Shown piece by piece: positions 28,221 to 33,397 of a stretch of 33,397 nucleotides of DNA (positions are counted from its first letter, which is position 1; every line of letters starts with the position of its first letter). Location: assembly GCA_947627685.1 (NCBI GenBank), contig CANQWZ010000003.1, positions 1 through 33,397 of the forward strand. The letters are read 5' to 3'. Made by a program: the position numbers and the translations under genes. Source of the DNA: an uncultured Bacilli bacterium (lineage in GTDB: Bacteria; Bacillota_I; Bacilli_A; ML615J-28; CAG-313). Below the pieces are notes generated by a model that was given only the letters and a program-made list of their open reading frames with translations, was not told the origin of the DNA and did no database searches.

Positions 28221-29466
28221 TATTTATTTACATAACTAATTAAATATAACCATATTTATTGTAATGAGTCAAAAAACTAAAAAATCTAAAAATAACGATT
28301 TTGTTAAAAAGAATGAGAAAAACATTTCAAAAAACTCTTTAAAAACAAAAAATGAAGTCAAAAAAAGCCTTAAAAATCGATTTTTCAAAAAAAAATGAAA
28401 AATTATTAACCCCCGGGGGGTCAAAGTCAAAAAAACCACGATTTTCAAAAAAGCTGTTTTCACTCGAAAAATTAGGATTTTCATCGTGTTGAACAAGATT
28501 TTTGTTTAATATGTAAATATGTAAATACATAAAAAGAAAGTCAAACAGTCTTAGTGCTTAGCAGTAACAATTTTGAAATCAAAACAAAAAAGTTTTAAAT
28601 ATGAATTCATCAATATTTTATTTTAAAATTAAAAGTAATTATTTTTATTGTAAACTAAAATTAATGTTTTTAGTTTTAATTTAAAAACAATTTTTGAGTA
28701 ATAATATCGATTTTCAAACTAAAAACTTTTTTGTTAAAACCAAAATAGTCGAATTTTTTACGATTGTTATTAAATTAAAACTAAAAACTTTTAAAATTAT
28801 TTAATTTAAAACATTAATTTTATTGGTATTTAAGTTTTAAACTAAAAGTTTTTAGTTTTAAAAGTATCATTTTATACATAAAAGAATAAAAAAATAATTA
28901 CTCTTTTATGTATAAGAATAAAATAATAAATATTTATAATTTAAAAACTTTTAAAATAAAATAAAAAATGACATCTCAAACTATAAAATGTAAATATGTT
29001 TATAAGTAATTATGTATAAAAATAATTATGTAGATAAATATCAAAAATTAAATATTTAAATAAATAAGTTTATATTTATTAACGTATTTAAATCAATAAT
29101 TAAAAAAACATTTAAAGTTTTATTTAAAATAATAAAAGAATAAATATTTTTTTATTATTTTAAATAAAATAATAATACTTATAATATCAAAGTATTAAAA
29201 AAAACGACGTTTTTTACAAAAAAATCTTAATTTTAAATGATTTTAAGAATGCTGTTATTTTTAAAAAATAAAAAATATTTTTATATTATATATAAAATAA
29301 GGAATATACATAAATACATAAAAATTAACAAAAAACAGCTTTAAAAGTTGCAAACGTCGTTTTTTTGATAGGAAAAAATCGAAAAACAAAAAGATTGGTT
29401 TAGGCGAAGTTTTTGGACGGGAAAACGACATTTTTTTGGAAATTTTTTAAGGTTAAAAAATCGAGG
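28221..29466. repeat. AT-rich non-coding region with several families of short direct and inverted repeats (candidate centromere-like region)
   Basis: 8-bp phased ATGT/ACAT arrays (28511-28535, 28988-29040, 29304-29324); inverted repeats 28666-28691/28763-28788, 28775-28792/28844-28861, 28872-28885/28902-28915, 29198-29212/29352-29366; no credible ORF. Confidence 0.6.
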
Positions 29467-29475
29467 TCAAAACCA

Positions 29476-29504
29476 TTGAAAAAAACTTAAAAATGTGATA
29501 TAAT
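29476..29504 (+). promoter_or_regulatory. Promoter of yaaA-recF-gyrB-gyrA
   Basis: TTGAAA (29476-29481), 17 bp, TG-A-TATAAT (-10 at 29499-29504). Confidence 0.75.
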
Positions 29505-29527
29505 TTAGATGTTAAATGAGGTGTTTT

Positions 29528-29738
29528 ATGGAAGTCGTAAAAATTTCAACTGAAAGCATAAAATTAGGTCAATTCTTAAAGCTAATTGGTGCTGTTTCTA
29601 CCGGTGGTGAAACTAGGGATTTTTTAATAAAAAACACAATAAAAATCAATCAAAAAGAAGAAAATCAGCGTGGAAAAAAGATATTTTTGGGGGATTTTTT
29701 AGAAATTAATGGTAAAAAATATCTTATTGAGGCTAAAA

Positions 29739-29752
<14 letters not shown>
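29528..29752 (+). CDS. yaaA: S4-domain RNA-binding protein YaaA
   Basis: IKLGQFLK..G..STGG, E.QRGKKI..GD; start ATG 29528 with SD GAGGTG; upstream of recF. Confidence 0.9.
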
Positions 29753-32760
<3,008 letters not shown>

Positions 32761-32770
32761 GAGGTAGAAA

Positions 32771-33397
32771 ATGCCAGATAATGATAAATATTTAGACGAA
32801 GAAAATAATGAAGCATTAGATGATGAAGAGTCTACTTATGACGAAGAAGATGAAGAATCATTAGAAAACAATCCTGACATTGATCCCGAATTAACTAAAA
32901 TTGATCAAAATTTATTAGATGAAAATAACGACTATGATAAAATTCAGCCCGTTAATTTATCTAATGAAATGCAAAATTCTTTCTTAAGTTATGCGATGAG
33001 TGTAATTGTATCAAGAGCACTACCAGATGTAAGAGATGGTATGAAACCAGTTCACCGAAGAATTTTATATGCAATGAATGAACTTGGTGTTTATAGTGAT
33101 AGACCACACAAAAAATCAGCTCGTATCGTTGGTGATGTTATTGGTAAATACCATCCTCATGGTGATACGGCTGTATATGAAGCAATGGTCAGAATGGCAC
33201 AAGACTTTAGTTATCGTTATCCTTTAGTTGATGGTCATGGTAATTTTGGCTCAGTCGATGGTGATGGCGCTGCCGCAATGCGTTATACTGAGGCTAGAAT
33301 GAGCAAGTTATCGAGCGAAATGTTACGTGATTTAAATAAAAACACAGTTGATTTCGTTGATAACTATGATGGAAGTGAAAGAGAACCAGCCGTTTTA
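32771..33397 (+). CDS. gyrA: DNA gyrase subunit A, 5' part (runs off window; absent from ORF track)
   Basis: SD AGGAGGT, ATG 32771; manual translation gives [52 protein letters not shown]. Confidence 0.96.
   Translation, partial: MPDNDKYLDEENNEALDDEESTYDEEDEESLENNPDIDPELTKIDQNLLDENNDYDKIQPVNLSNEMQNSFLSYAMSVIVSRALPDVRDGMKPVHRRILYAMNELGVYSDRPHKKSARIVGDVIGKYHPHGDTAVYEAMVRMAQDFSYRYPLVDGHGNFGSVDGDGAAAMRYTEARMSKLSSEMLRDLNKNTVDFVDNYDGSEREPAVL

Noticed and set aside
28269-28530. Phe-rich ORFs of 75 aa and 63 aa on the minus strand
   Set aside because: By-products of poly-A tracts; no SD; overlap each other in different frames.
28652-28861. CRISPR array suggested by the 61-64 bp period
   Set aside because: Shared unit is only 9-15 bp, occurs in both orientations, and no cas genes are present.
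27006-29470. Intact mobile element (IS, prophage, integrated plasmid)
   Set aside because: No integrase, transposase or Rep gene, and no terminal repeats or target duplication found by eye.
33150-33183. Gyr[11 protein letters not shown] with Thr at the E. coli Ser83 position as quinolone resistance
   Set aside because: Thr is the wild-type residue in several bacteria; not evidence of resistance.

Overview
Chromosomal replication-origin region of a very AT-rich bacterium using the standard code (Trp = TGG, ORFs intact without TGA readthrough). Gene content and lipoprotein style suggest a reduced Bacilli/Acholeplasmatales-like lineage (inference). Left arm, mostly minus strand: a six-gene operon (ABC ATPase, two permeases, solute-binding lipoprotein, SNase-type nuclease lipoprotein, large Ig/OB-fold lipoprotein), dnaX-ybaB-recR, a hypothetical-nfeD-SPFH operon, T-box-controlled asnS, mnmE and rpmH-rnpA-yidC-jag. 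Centre: bipartite oriC around dnaA with DnaA boxes and DnaA-trios. Right arm: dnaN, yaaA, recF, gyrB and the 5' part of gyrA. Main oddities: (1) a plasmid-style ribbon-helix-helix + ParA cassette with about 1.3 kb of repeat-rich non-coding DNA inserted between dnaN and yaaA, a candidate non-ParB chromosome partition system; (2) a 944-aa DnaX with a long coiled-coil insert carrying five R-h-x-x-h-E trimer motifs; (3) a putative nucleic-acid capture/cut/import operon; (4) a DnaA-box cluster inside gyrB; (5) an acidic N-terminal extension on GyrA. All calls are by eye; no searches were run.
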